A stretch of DNA of 64,000 nt, taken from contig CALRAM010000001.1 of NCBI GenBank assembly GCA_943353165.1, positions 109,803 through 173,802 on the forward strand. Reading direction: 5' to 3'. The notes beneath the pieces are model-generated. The model did no database searches. It was not told the DNA's origin and was given only the letters and a program-made list of their open reading frames with translations. Below, one piece after another: positions 24,040 through 34,497 of the stretch (its first letter is position 1; every line of letters begins with the position of its first letter). The position numbers and the translations under genes were made by a program. The DNA is from an uncultured Candidatus Saccharimonas sp. (GTDB lineage Bacteria > Patescibacteriota > Saccharimonadia > Saccharimonadales > OMJO01).

Positions 24040-24219
24040 ATTTACCAAAGACGGTGACGGACGCAACAAAAGCGAACTAAGAATGTCACCTAGGATGAAT
24101 CGTTTACAGTTGTCTTATTGTTTTCGAGCATTTTAAAAAAGTCTTTGGTAAGCCCAAAGGCTTTTTTAGTTCCTTTACAACCCAAAAGGTCGATATTTAA
24201 TTAAACAAGGACAAAATCT
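24040..24219 (+). promoter_or_regulatory. ribosomal protein L10 leader with terminator/antiterminator alternative pairing
   Basis: ACCAAAGAC (24044-24052) can pair with GTCTTTGGT (24141-24149). The same CTTTGG can instead pair with CCAAAG (24154-24159), followed by TTTTTT (24162-24167). Confidence 0.55.
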
Positions 24220-24744
24220 ATGGCATTAACAAAAGACAAAAAGAATGATGTAGTGGCAGAAGTTAGTCAATTATTGGCTACTTCTAAAATGACAGTTGTA
24301 ACCGCTTTTCGCGGGACTCCTGTAAAAGCTCTGCAACAACTACGAAAAGAAGGCAAAGATAACGGCACAACCATGCAGGTTATCAAAAACCGATTGGTCA
24401 TAAAAGCGATCCAAAACACAGAAGGTTTCAAGGATGTGGACACAAGCGCACTGAACGGAATGCTTTTGTACGCTTTTAACAGCGTCGATGAAGTAGCTCC
24501 AGCTCAAGTTATAGCCAACTTTGCAAAAACTCAGGCCAGCCTAGAGTTTGTAGGGGCGATAACTGCCGAAGGTACCTTTTTGGGACCGGACGAAGTAAAA
24601 GCACTGGCAGCATTGCCAAGCAAAGCACAGCTAGTAGCCGGAATCATCAATACGCTAAACTCACCAGTACATGGAATAATGAGCGGTCTATCAGGAGACC
24701 TACATGGCCTACTGAAAGCATTAGAAACCAAAGCAAGTAATTAA
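24220..24744 (+). CDS. rplJ: 50S ribosomal protein L10
   Basis: 174 aa, positioned before rplL. It has a typical L10 N-terminus (KKNDVVAEVSQLLATSKMTVVTAFRGTPV). Confidence 0.9.
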   Translation: MALTKDKKNDVVAEVSQLLATSKMTVVTAFRGTPVKALQQLRKEGKDNGTTMQVIKNRLVIKAIQNTEGFKDVDTSALNGMLLYAFNSVDEVAPAQVIANFAKTQASLEFVGAITAEGTFLGPDEVKALAALPSKAQLVAGIINTLNSPVHGIMSGLSGDLHGLLKALETKASN

Positions 24745-24768
24745 ACTAATTAGAAGGAGAAATATATT

Positions 24769-25140
24769 ATGGCAGATCTAAAAAAATTTGCAGAACAACT
24801 AGTTAATCTAAGTGTTCTAGAAGTAAACGAACTAGGAAAAATATTAAAAGATGAATACGGTATAGAACCTGCTGCAGTAGCTGTTTCTGCTGGACCAGCT
24901 GCCGACGCAGCTCCTGTAGAAGAAGCAAAATCAGAGTATGACGTAATTCTAAAAGATTCAGGCGCCCAAAAAGTTGCCGTAATCAAAGCAGTTAAAGACA
25001 TCACAGGATTGGGACTTGGCGAAGCCAAAGCAATCGTAGATGGTGCACCAAAAACTGTACTAGAAAAAGCCAAAAAAGACGATGCCGAAGCAGCCAAAAC
25101 AGCTCTAGAAGCAGCCGGTGCGACAGTAGAGTTGGCCTAG
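24769..25140 (+). CDS. rplL: 50S ribosomal protein L7/L12
   Basis: Ala-rich hinge and C-terminal domain [28 protein letters not shown]. Confidence 0.9.
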   Translation: MADLKKFAEQLVNLSVLEVNELGKILKDEYGIEPAAVAVSAGPAADAAPVEEAKSEYDVILKDSGAQKVAVIKAVKDITGLGLGEAKAIVDGAPKTVLEKAKKDDAEAAKTALEAAGATVELA

Positions 25141-25217
25141 GTCAACTTTACAGGAGCACTCTGAGTCTATCGAAGAGTGCTCCTGTAGAACTAGTTTATA
25201 ACTAGAATCTACATCTT

Positions 25218-25245
25218 AAAGCCCTCTATTCAAAGAGGGCTTTAA
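25218..25245 (+). terminator. terminator hairpin after rplL
   Basis: AAAGCCCTCT-ATTCAA-AGAGGGCTTT. A second long hairpin lies at 25151-25186. Confidence 0.5.
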
Positions 25246-25347
25246 ATATTTATCCACAGTTTTGCATACACTCTTTGACTTGATTTTACTTTCGTGGTAC
25301 TGTATCAGAGATAAAAAGAAAAGTTGCGTGAGATCAACGGAAACAAA

Positions 25348-25860
25348 ATGGCAGACGTCCCAGACAAACAAATAAAAAGATTAAAAGCTCTGATTGCGGA
25401 GTCAGAGACTAGCCTTGCTGCTGCAAAAGAATTGCTATCCAGCGTAATAGGTAGCGACGATACCTTGGATCCTTCAGAAATACGACCTGACCCTATGGGA
25501 AGGATTATAGAAGGCGTTTTTGACGGCCAAAATATGGTAGGATCTGACGCTAAAACCTACCCAGTACCTGCAAACTACGCTAGCAAATCAAAACTGGTAC
25601 AAGGCGACATCCTGAAAATGACAATAGCTGAAGACGGAGCATTGCTGTACAAACAAATCGGACCAATACCAAGGAAACAATTAGTAGGTCTCTTGAAACA
25701 GGATACTGGTCAGTATTTTGTAGAAGTAGCCGACAGAAGTTTTAGAGTGTTATTGGCCAGTGTTACCTATTTTAAGGCCAAACCAGGCGACCAAGTAAGT
25801 ATAAACGTGCCAGAAGACGATACTCATGCAGAGTGGGCAGCTTTAGAAGCAGCTCTGTAA
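25348..25860 (+). CDS. hypothetical protein
   Basis: The ATG at 25348 (MADVPDKQIKRL) lies within the ORF starting at 25324. No motif recognised. Confidence 0.45.
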   Translation: MADVPDKQIKRLKALIAESETSLAAAKELLSSVIGSDDTLDPSEIRPDPMGRIIEGVFDGQNMVGSDAKTYPVPANYASKSKLVQGDILKMTIAEDGALLYKQIGPIPRKQLVGLLKQDTGQYFVEVADRSFRVLLASVTYFKAKPGDQVSINVPEDDTHAEWAALEAAL

Positions 25861-25965
25861 TAATTTAGCCTTTATTGAGCAGAAATTTATACCATAATTA
25901 GTACCTATAGGTACAGCAGATAAAACAACATCCGGAAGCAATTAGTTGAAGTATAATGTCTATAC

Positions 25966-27408
25966 ATGGGACAAGCGCTTTATAGAAAATACCGTTCAAA
26001 ATCTTTGGCTGAAGTTGTCGGGCAAAAACATATTACCGACACCCTGATGAATGCCCTAAAAAATAATCGTATTTCTCATGCATATTTATTTACTGGTCCA
26101 AGGGGAGTCGGAAAAACAAGCGTTGCTAGGATATGGGCTCACGAAATAAATGGCCTACCTTATACTGAAAACCAGATTCATCTGGATATTATAGAAATTG
26201 ATGCCGCCAGTAACCGTAGAATAGACGAAATTAGGGAACTCCGCGACAAAGTACAGCTGGCCCCTTCTAGCGCCAAATACAAGGTTTATATCATTGACGA
26301 GGTGCATATGTTGACGAAAGAAGCGTTCAACGCACTTCTAAAAACACTTGAAGAGCCACCCGAACATGCAGTATTTGTGCTGGCCACCACTGAAGCACAT
26401 AAACTACCAGAAACTATAGTCAGCCGTACCCAAAGATTTACATTTAATGCCATAAATATTGATGATGCGGTGCAACACCTAAAAGAAATAGCCAAAAAAG
26501 AAAAAATCGAAATAGACGAAGGCTCATTAAAATTAATAGCGCGACATGGAGATGGGTCATTGCGCGACAGTATCAGTATCCTGGATCAAGCCAGTAACAT
26601 AGGAAAAATAATAGAAGTTGCTGACATAGAAAACCTGATAGGTATAGTATCCGAAGACGGCATAAAACAGATTGTAGCAGCACTGATTTTAGGAGACACC
26701 AAAACTACAAGCCAGTTATTTGTAGAATTAACCAGCAACGTTGGTACTGCCCAGCAAATCGCCATTCAAATCAACCAAGAATTACGCTCTATGATAGCTA
26801 GCGGCAATGTTTTGTCCAAGCAAATGACGAATTTGATGAAAGATCTCATCATAGTACCATCATCCAATGATCCTGTTACTTATCTGCAGATAGCGTTATT
26901 TGAGGCAACGACGTCCATAAACGAACTGCAAAATGTACCACAAAAACAAACGCTCATAAACCCAAAACCAGAAAAAGCTATAACAGACATTCGTAGCGAT
27001 AAACCTGCAGATACAGAAAACAATGACACACCCACATACGACTCAGTAGTCACGGACGACACCCTCAACCAAAGCGATTTATGGTCAAAAGTACTAACAG
27101 AAATAAAAAAACATCACAACACGCTATATAGCATAGCTAGAATGGCAAAAGTTAGCATTTCTGACCATCAAATTGATCTACAGTTTTCTTTTTCGTTTCA
27201 TCAAAAAAGAATAAACGAAACAAAAAATCGACAAATGATTGCAGATACAATTTTTAAAATAACAAACGAAAACTACGCAGTTACGACATCTATTGGGGAT
27301 AAAATTGTCGATGTCGGCACAAAACCATCAAAAACAAAAAAAGAAGAAAATTCTAATTTAGAAAACATTAGCAATATTTTCGGTAGTGCTGAAGTGCTAA
27401 AATCTTAA
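25966..27408 (+). CDS. dnaX: DNA polymerase III subunit gamma/tau
   Basis: YLFTGPRGVGKTS (Walker A), IIDEVHMLT, SRTQRF sensor. Confidence 0.9.
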   Translation: MGQALYRKYRSKSLAEVVGQKHITDTLMNALKNNRISHAYLFTGPRGVGKTSVARIWAHEINGLPYTENQIHLDIIEIDAASNRRIDEIRELRDKVQLAPSSAKYKVYIIDEVHMLTKEAFNALLKTLEEPPEHAVFVLATTEAHKLPETIVSRTQRFTFNAINIDDAVQHLKEIAKKEKIEIDEGSLKLIARHGDGSLRDSISILDQASNIGKIIEVADIENLIGIVSEDGIKQIVAALILGDTKTTSQLFVELTSNVGTAQQIAIQINQELRSMIASGNVLSKQMTNLMKDLIIVPSSNDPVTYLQIALFEATTSINELQNVPQKQTLINPKPEKAITDIRSDKPADTENNDTPTYDSVVTDDTLNQSDLWSKVLTEIKKHHNTLYSIARMAKVSISDHQIDLQFSFSFHQKRINETKNRQMIADTIFKITNENYAVTTSIGDKIVDVGTKPSKTKKEENSNLENISNIFGSAEVLKS

Positions 27409-27419
27409 GTGAGCACCTA

Positions 27420-28775
27420 ATGGATTATAAAGCAGCTAAAATACCTCCCCAAAACACAGAAGCAGAGGCTTCGCTATTGGGTGCTGTCCTAATAGACACA
27501 GATGCCATAGTAAAAATTGCCGACACAGTGTCAAAAGAGGATTTTTACGAAGATCGCCACAAGAGAATCTATGAAGCTGTCCTTCAACTATACGAAAAGC
27601 ATAGCCCTATAGATGTTTTAACGCTTTCTGATCAACTTCGCAGTACGGGCTTTTTGGATATGGTTGGAGGTGCTTCGTATTTGACCGAACTGACTAATTT
27701 TGTACCAACGGCCGCCCACGTAGAACAATATGCCGAAATTGTAAGTCAAAAATCTCTAAGACGCCGATTGATAAAATCATCCCAAGACATAGTAGGTTTA
27801 GGCTATGATGAAGCTAAAAATCTACAGGAACTCATAGAGGAAGCCGAAACAAGTTTATTTGAAGTTAGCAAGAGACATATAAAACAAGACGTAACTAGTT
27901 TAGAAACAATATTGAGCGAAAGTTTTGATAGATTGGACGAACTCCACAAAGATAAAGGAAAAATAAGAGGTGTGCCCACAGGTTTTAAAGATCTAGACAA
28001 TATATTGGCCGGATTACAGAGATCTGACTTGTTTATTTTAGCAGCTAGACCGTCTATGGGTAAAACAGCTCTGGCGTTGAATATAGCTCATAATGTCGCT
28101 GTAAAATCAGGGTTACCGGTACTAATGTTTAGCCTGGAAATGAGCAAAGAACAATTAGTAGACCGCATGTTAGCAATGGAATCAGGCGTAGACGCGTGGG
28201 CTTTACGAACCGGCAACCTGACTGATTCAGATTTTGAAAAGATAGGCCAAGCTATGGGTACTCTCAGTGAAGCCCAAATCTATATTGATGATAGTCCGGG
28301 TATAACAGTTAGCGATTTAAGGACAAAATCTAGGCGCGAGGCTCACCAAAGGGAACTGGGGCTTATAATTGTTGACTATTTACAACTGATGAGCGGAGGA
28401 AGCCGTTATGGGGGTGAAAGCAATCGTGTTCAAGAAATATCAGAAATTTCTAGGGGTCTGAAAGGCATAGCCAGAGAACTAAATGTACCATTATTGGCTC
28501 TTAGCCAGCTAAGTCGTTCAGTAGAAAACCGTAGTCCACAAATACCACAGCTGTCAGATTTGAGAGAATCTGGATCTATCGAACAAGACGCCGATGTTGT
28601 AGCTTTTATTTATCGAGAAGAATATTATAATCCAGAATCAGACAGAAAAAATGTGACTGACATATTTATAAAAAAACATAGAAACGGCCCGACAGGGGCT
28701 GTTGAACTATATTTTGATAGAGAAAAACAACGTTTCCGAAGTTTGGACAATAAACACGCTACACCATTTGACTGA
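27420..28775 (+). CDS. dnaB: replicative DNA helicase DnaB
   Basis: PPQNTEAEASLLGAVL N-terminus; Walker A ARPSMGKTA; IIVDYLQLM; LSQLSRSVE. Confidence 0.9.
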   Translation: MDYKAAKIPPQNTEAEASLLGAVLIDTDAIVKIADTVSKEDFYEDRHKRIYEAVLQLYEKHSPIDVLTLSDQLRSTGFLDMVGGASYLTELTNFVPTAAHVEQYAEIVSQKSLRRRLIKSSQDIVGLGYDEAKNLQELIEEAETSLFEVSKRHIKQDVTSLETILSESFDRLDELHKDKGKIRGVPTGFKDLDNILAGLQRSDLFILAARPSMGKTALALNIAHNVAVKSGLPVLMFSLEMSKEQLVDRMLAMESGVDAWALRTGNLTDSDFEKIGQAMGTLSEAQIYIDDSPGITVSDLRTKSRREAHQRELGLIIVDYLQLMSGGSRYGGESNRVQEISEISRGLKGIARELNVPLLALSQLSRSVENRSPQIPQLSDLRESGSIEQDADVVAFIYREEYYNPESDRKNVTDIFIKKHRNGPTGAVELYFDREKQRFRSLDNKHATPFD

Positions 28776-28815
28776 TTTCTGTTAAGGTTATCTGTCTCAG
28801 TGATATAATAAACCT

Positions 28816-29997
28816 ATGAATAAATACAAAAAAGCATTTCTTATTGATTGGAAAAGATATATTGTAATTATGTTTTCTGTCGTGGTAATCATTGGCATTT
28901 TATTATTTCAGCTGGGCAGACTGACCGGTCAGGCAAATAAAGCTGAAGTTTCAGTATATAAAACAAATGTTTCGTACAGAGAAACAGTTAGAAATCCTAT
29001 CAATGCGCCATATTATGTTGTACGTAACAGCATTCAAAAGCTAATCAAGCCCAAAAATATTGTTGTTCCTAGGTTTACCAGTGTACTTTTTGCCGCCCTA
29101 ATATTGTTTGCGTTTTTTTCTGTCTTGTCTCTATGGTACGAAACCAGGATGTTAGTGTTAGGCACCCTCTTGTTCGCCTCTTCTAGTTGGTTTTTACATA
29201 TTGCCAGAATTGGTCTACCTGATTCAATGCAAGCTCTGGGAATTATTTTAGTTCTTTTATCTGCATGGCTACATCAAACCAAAAAACTTAAACTTGCTAC
29301 ACTTTGTCTGATATTAAGTATTGGATTTTTGGTGTATGTACCAGGAATGATTTGGCTGATATTGGCTGCGATATTGTGGAAAGGTAGAGCGCTAAAAAAA
29401 GATTTCTCTGGAATTTCTAAAAAGTTTATAATCTCCTGTATTTGTCTGATATCCATTATAGTTACTCCGCTACTGTGGACAATATTTAAAAATCCTAGCG
29501 TTTTATATGAATTGACTGGACTTCCGAACACGCTTAATATTCAACACTTACTGTCAAATTTTTATAATATACCGCTACAAATTTTTATTCGGGCAACTCC
29601 AAACTCTATTTCAAATATAGGGAACCTCCCGTTACTAGATGTATTTACCACCGCTATGTTCGTAATTGGTGTTTATGCCAATATGAAAACCAGAAAATTG
29701 GACAGAAGCAAACTAACTTTTGGCCTACTTTTTATAGGAATATTATTTAGTACACTGGTAGACAGTCCGCTATTGCCTATGATGATTGTACCTGTTTACC
29801 TTTTTGCGGTGTCGGGAGTGTCATTTATGCTAGACGAATGGTTTACGGTGTTTCCCAGGAATCCGTTAGCCAAAGGTATAGCTACAACTCTGATATCTGT
29901 ATTGGTTTTATCCGTAGCTTATTACCATATAACTAATTATTTTATTGCTTGGCCAAATAATACAGATACAAAATCAAGCTTCTCCGAGCGCATCTAG
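28816..29997 (+). CDS. polytopic membrane protein (possibly a GT-C-type glycosyltransferase)
   Basis: 393 aa with about 10 hydrophobic spans. The family assignment is not secure. Confidence 0.4.
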   Translation: MNKYKKAFLIDWKRYIVIMFSVVVIIGILLFQLGRLTGQANKAEVSVYKTNVSYRETVRNPINAPYYVVRNSIQKLIKPKNIVVPRFTSVLFAALILFAFFSVLSLWYETRMLVLGTLLFASSSWFLHIARIGLPDSMQALGIILVLLSAWLHQTKKLKLATLCLILSIGFLVYVPGMIWLILAAILWKGRALKKDFSGISKKFIISCICLISIIVTPLLWTIFKNPSVLYELTGLPNTLNIQHLLSNFYNIPLQIFIRATPNSISNIGNLPLLDVFTTAMFVIGVYANMKTRKLDRSKLTFGLLFIGILFSTLVDSPLLPMMIVPVYLFAVSGVSFMLDEWFTVFPRNPLAKGIATTLISVLVLSVAYYHITNYFIAWPNNTDTKSSFSERI

Positions 29998-30041
29998 CTA
30001 CTTTTTGATACAATATAATAGATATAAAAGGAGAATAAATT

Positions 30042-30335
30042 ATGAGTAGATTTGATCAGGCAAAGATGTTGCTAAAAGTTAAAAAACTACAAAAAGAACT
30101 ACAAAAAATGATCATAACAGTTGAACAGGGCGATGGAGCTGTTTCTGTTGAAATAACTGGCGAACAAAAAATCAAAAAAATAAATATAGACCCAGAAAGA
30201 GTTGACCTCAACGACATTGCACTACTAGAAAGGTGGCTAGAAGACGCTGTCAAAGAAGCTATAGCCGAAAGTCAAAAGATAGCTGCCGAAAAAATGCAAC
30301 CGATGATGGGTGCACTAGGCGAACTAGGCTTGTAA
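30042..30335 (+). CDS. ybaB: nucleoid-associated protein YbaB/EbfC
   Basis: 97 aa. Supported by the position before recR, plus GDGAVSVEITGEQKIKKINIDPE and a LLE...V..A motif. Confidence 0.8.
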   Translation: MSRFDQAKMLLKVKKLQKELQKMIITVEQGDGAVSVEITGEQKIKKINIDPERVDLNDIALLERWLEDAVKEAIAESQKIAAEKMQPMMGALGELGL

Positions 30336-30355
30336 CCAAAGGATTTACCAAAAAA

Positions 30356-30961
30356 ATGAGCATACTTCCTTCAGCACTTACCGACGTTATAGAGTCATTT
30401 GGATTATTGCCTGGAGTAGGACCACGAACGGCAGAACGCTATGCCTATTATTTGCTAAAAAACAAACCTGAATATGCGATGTCAATTAGTAAAAACTTAG
30501 AGAAACTGCATGATAACATTGACTATTGTAAAGTGACCTATGCTTTGGTACAAAAAGGCACAGAACTATCAAATTTGTACGATAATCCAGACCGAAACAA
30601 ACATTTAGTAGCAGTTGTTGCTGAGCCCTTTGACATAGTAGCAATCGAAAAAACTGGACAATACGGGGGAACGTATCATGTGCTAGGAGGATTGGTTTCG
30701 CCTATCGACGGAATAGGCCCAGAACAGTTACACATAAAAGAGCTGATAACACGAATAAAAAAGGACAAGGTCGAAGAAATTATTTTAGCAACTAACGCTA
30801 GTGTTGAAGGAGAATCTACAGCGCTCTATATTCAGCAACAAATTTCAGATTCAAATATCAAAATAACTCGCTTGGCACGCGGATTGCCTGTAGGCGTAGA
30901 TTTGGAATATGCAGACTTGATAACATTGGGTAGAGCCCTGTCAGGCAGGACTGCAGTATGA
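30356..30961 (+). CDS. recR: recombination protein RecR (zinc-finger cysteines not conserved)
   Basis: The HhH motif LPGVGPRTAERYAYYLL and a Toprim region (VAVVAEPFDIVAIEKTG, ILATNASVEGESTA) support the call. Only one Cys is found where the C4 finger is expected. Confidence 0.8.
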   Translation: MSILPSALTDVIESFGLLPGVGPRTAERYAYYLLKNKPEYAMSISKNLEKLHDNIDYCKVTYALVQKGTELSNLYDNPDRNKHLVAVVAEPFDIVAIEKTGQYGGTYHVLGGLVSPIDGIGPEQLHIKELITRIKKDKVEEIILATNASVEGESTALYIQQQISDSNIKITRLARGLPVGVDLEYADLITLGRALSGRTAV

Positions 30962-31986
30962 ATACCTACAAAGAAGCCAAAGGTATAAATGAATTAGTAT
31001 CAAAAGCTACCAAGATACTTATCATTCAAGCTGACAACCCTGACGGCGACAGCCTGGGTAGTTCATTGGCATTAGAGCAAATACTGGGTGATCTAGGCAA
31101 AGATCCTGTAATGTATTGCGGAGTAGAAATTCCTAAATACTTGCACCATATGCCAGGCTGGGATAGGGTTCAAAAAGATATCCCAAACCAGTTTGACCTG
31201 TCCATCATAGTGGACACAAGTGCCATTAATTTACTAGAATCTATGGACAGAAAAAACCAAAGATCATGGATATCTGCAAAGCCGTGCATAGTTTTGGACC
31301 ACCATGACGTAAAAGCCTCTATACCATTCGCAACTATAGTCTGCTACCAACCAGTTGTTGCCACTGGCGAAATTATTTACGAATTGTGTCTTCAAAATGG
31401 TTGGAATATAAGTTTAAGCGCCCTCAACGCGTTAGCTACTTCCGTACTGTCTGACAGCCTAGGACTAATGAGTGAGGCAACTTCTGCACGAACAGTACAC
31501 ATAATTGCGGAAATGATAGAAAAAGGCGTCGACTTGGCAAAGCTGGACAATGATCGTCGTACTACTATGCGCAAAAGCCCTGAACTCATAAAATACAAAG
31601 CTAAACTGTTAGAACGCATAGAGTACTTTTATAATGACCGTATAGCCGTCGTAACTATACCGTGGACTGAAATTGCCCAATACAGTCAATCTTATAACCC
31701 AAGCATGCTAGTCCTAGACGAAATGCGCATGACAGAAAATACCGACATAGCGATTGCTTTCAAACTATATAACGATGGGAAAATAACGGCCAAGATACGC
31801 TGTAATTACGGAATTGGAATTGCAAATAAATTGGCTGAACATTTTGGAGGTGGAGGACACAAATACGCCAGTGGATTCAAAATTGTTGACGGTAGGAGCT
31901 TAGAAACCATAAAATCAGAGTGTATAGAACTGTCCACCGAATTACTAAAATCTATAACAGAAAAGAACCCCGATGAAACTCTATAA
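30958..31986 (+). CDS. DHH/DHHA1 phosphoesterase (NrnA-like oligoribonuclease / pAp phosphatase)
   Basis: NPDGDSLGSSLAL, DHHD-type motif LDHHDV, and a DHHA1 GGGGH motif (HFGGGGHKYASGF). Confidence 0.75.
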   Translation: MNTYKEAKGINELVSKATKILIIQADNPDGDSLGSSLALEQILGDLGKDPVMYCGVEIPKYLHHMPGWDRVQKDIPNQFDLSIIVDTSAINLLESMDRKNQRSWISAKPCIVLDHHDVKASIPFATIVCYQPVVATGEIIYELCLQNGWNISLSALNALATSVLSDSLGLMSEATSARTVHIIAEMIEKGVDLAKLDNDRRTTMRKSPELIKYKAKLLERIEYFYNDRIAVVTIPWTEIAQYSQSYNPSMLVLDEMRMTENTDIAIAFKLYNDGKITAKIRCNYGIGIANKLAEHFGGGGHKYASGFKIVDGRSLETIKSECIELSTELLKSITEKNPDETL

Positions 31987-33415
31987 TACTTTAACTAGAA
32001 AAATAGAAATTTTTAAAACTATAAACCCCAAAAAAGTTAGTTTGTACTCTTGTGGTCCAACTGTGTACGACTACTACCATATTGGTAATCTACGAAATGC
32101 TGTATTTAACGACACCCTACGGCGTACCTTGGAACTTAACAACTTCAAAGTTAGCCAGATTATGAATATAACAGATGTAGGCCACTTAGCAGCAGATAAC
32201 GACGAAGGTGAAGACAAGCTAGAAAAAGGAGCTTTTAGGGAAGGCAAAACTGTCGAAGAAGTAGCAAAACATTACACTCTAAGCTTCAAAAATGACATGC
32301 TAAGCATGAACATATTACCCCCAAATGCCTATCATAGTCCTACCTATAACGACAATTACGCCCGAGCAACGGAATTTATAGATCAACAGATAGAAATGGT
32401 AAAGATACTGATAGACAAAGGTTATGCCTATATAACTCATCAAGCAATTTATTTTGATGTATTAAAATTACCAAGCTACGGAGAGTTAACTGGTCAAAAT
32501 CTTAAAGACAAAGAAAATGGAGCCAGAAAAGAAGTTATTACAGATAAATCCAAAAAGCATCCTTATGATTTTGCATTATGGTTTTTTGCGGTAGATAGAT
32601 TCCAGAAACATTCAATGATATGGAAAAGTCCCTGGGGAGTTGGTTTTCCAGGTTGGCACTTGGAATGTTCGGCAATCATACACACACTACTAGGTGACCC
32701 CATAGACATTCATACCGGTGGAGTTGACCACATTGGCACTCATCACCCTAACGAAATGGCCCAAACGCAAGCAGCCTTCGGACACAAACTGGCAAATTAT
32801 TGGATACACAATGAATTCATACTTGTAGATGGATTGAAAATGGCCAAATCAAAGCAAAATAGCTATACGCTGAAAGATTTGGCCGTAAAAGGATACGACG
32901 CTTTAGAGTACAGAATGATGGTATTGCAGGCCCATTATAGAAAAGAGCTCAACTTTTCATGGGAAGGCCTAGAAGCCGCTAGAAACAGACTAAACAAAAT
33001 TAAATCTATCGCTGTAATGCGTTTTCAACCATCAGCTTTTAATGATTCGGGCGTTTCTGCCAAATCATTAATGGAATGCTTGGAAAATATGCAATTGTCT
33101 TTATCTAACGATTTAAATACACCCACAGCTCTATCCCAACTCAGTGAAATAGTTAACAGCATAGAGTCTTTGGGATTGGCCTCTGGAACAAAAGTTCAAT
33201 ACATAAAGTTTCTAGAAAAATTAGACTCAATGTTGGGCCTAGCTTTACTAGAAACAAAAGATTTGGACAATACACTACAAGCTATACTGAAAAGCCGAAC
33301 AAATGCCAGACAAAACAAGCTATGGAATGTTTCTGACGAATTAAGGATAGAGCTACATTCTCATGGTATTTCAATTAGAGACACAGACCAGGGTCAAATT
33401 TGGTTTAGAATTTAA
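31973..33415 (+). CDS. cysS: cysteine--tRNA ligase
   Basis: LYSCGPTVYDYYHIGNLR (HIGH), KMAKSKQN (KMSKS), GWHLECSA zinc site. Confidence 0.9.
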   Translation: MKLYNTLTRKIEIFKTINPKKVSLYSCGPTVYDYYHIGNLRNAVFNDTLRRTLELNNFKVSQIMNITDVGHLAADNDEGEDKLEKGAFREGKTVEEVAKHYTLSFKNDMLSMNILPPNAYHSPTYNDNYARATEFIDQQIEMVKILIDKGYAYITHQAIYFDVLKLPSYGELTGQNLKDKENGARKEVITDKSKKHPYDFALWFFAVDRFQKHSMIWKSPWGVGFPGWHLECSAIIHTLLGDPIDIHTGGVDHIGTHHPNEMAQTQAAFGHKLANYWIHNEFILVDGLKMAKSKQNSYTLKDLAVKGYDALEYRMMVLQAHYRKELNFSWEGLEAARNRLNKIKSIAVMRFQPSAFNDSGVSAKSLMECLENMQLSLSNDLNTPTALSQLSEIVNSIESLGLASGTKVQYIKFLEKLDSMLGLALLETKDLDNTLQAILKSRTNARQNKLWNVSDELRIELHSHGISIRDTDQGQIWFRI

Positions 33416-34482
33416 TCTCTACTTATCCCCTTAGTGTCCATAACATCCAATATTAGAACTTTCAGGCAACCTGCGGCTGGGATAGCTACAAAAGCTCCTA
33501 GAATGCCACCCAAAGATGCTCCCAATATCGTTGCAGTAAAAACCAGTAATGGTGTAAGTTCATTTTTCTTTGCCTGGATTTGAGGCTGCAAAGTTACATT
33601 TTCAACTTGTTGATAAATGCTAAAGAACAGGAACATAATCAAAGCTAAAGGTACAGACGAAAACAGGCATACTGCAGTAACGGCTACAGATGCAATTGTA
33701 TTACCTACAAGCGGAATTAGTCCAAACAAAAATACTATTCCTCCCATAGCGACCACATTTATAGACACGTTAAGTACGCTACTGGAAACTAGTAGTGCAA
33801 ACATAGCAAAAAAGGCGGCTAATGCAGATATCAATACTTGACCGTTTACGTAAGCAGTAACAATATTATACATTTTTTCAGCTAGAACTTGGTGATGATC
33901 TCTGTGCGATTTTGGATGCAATTTCCAATATCTTTTTAATATACTAGGTCCTTCTGCAAGTAACATAAATGTCAGCACAAAAACCGTCATAACAGACGCC
34001 AGGGCACTGCCAATATGCGAAACATTGTTCAGTACGGGTTCTTGAAGGTTTTTGGTGCGTGCTCTAACTGTCTGGCTCAAATTGTCAAAATTTGTTTGCA
34101 GATTGTTTCTTTGTACAAACCTACCGACGACTCCAGAGCCTTCGTGAATTGTTTCCAAACTGGAAGGTACCGCGCGGACAAAGTTAATAGTTTGGCTGAC
34201 AATTGGCGGAACAACTACAGCCACAAAAGTTCCCAAAATTAATACAACAAACAAATATGCAATTCCTGTGGCTGCTGTTCGACTTTTTAATCTTAATTGT
34301 TTTGCTAACCAGCTGACCGCTGGGTTCAAAGCTAAAGCCAGAAAGAATGCTATGAATATCAAACCAAAAACATATGTTAGCCTTTGAGCAAAATGTAGAA
34401 TAGCAAATGTAAGTATAAATATACCAAGTACCCGAAACACGGTTCTATTGGATATAGTTATCTCTACTTTCTTTTGGTCCAT
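33412..34482 (-). CDS. AI-2E family transporter (PerM/YhhT-like permease)
   Basis: 356 aa, 8 TM. The C-terminus GASLGGILGAFVAIPAAG is typical of the family. Confidence 0.7.
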   Translation of the reverse strand: MDQKKVEITISNRTVFRVLGIFILTFAILHFAQRLTYVFGLIFIAFFLALALNPAVSWLAKQLRLKSRTAATGIAYLFVVLILGTFVAVVVPPIVSQTINFVRAVPSSLETIHEGSGVVGRFVQRNNLQTNFDNLSQTVRARTKNLQEPVLNNVSHIGSALASVMTVFVLTFMLLAEGPSILKRYWKLHPKSHRDHHQVLAEKMYNIVTAYVNGQVLISALAAFFAMFALLVSSSVLNVSINVVAMGGIVFLFGLIPLVGNTIASVAVTAVCLFSSVPLALIMFLFFSIYQQVENVTLQPQIQAKKNELTPLLVFTATILGASLGGILGAFVAIPAAGCLKVLILDVMDTKGISRD

Positions 34483-34497
34483 AGTATCATTATGCTT

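Noticed and set aside
30233-30355. N-terminal 41-codon extension of the recR ORF
   Set aside because: It overlaps the 3' end of ybaB in another frame and is Arg/Cys-rich. The canonical RecR N-terminus starts at the ATG at 30356.
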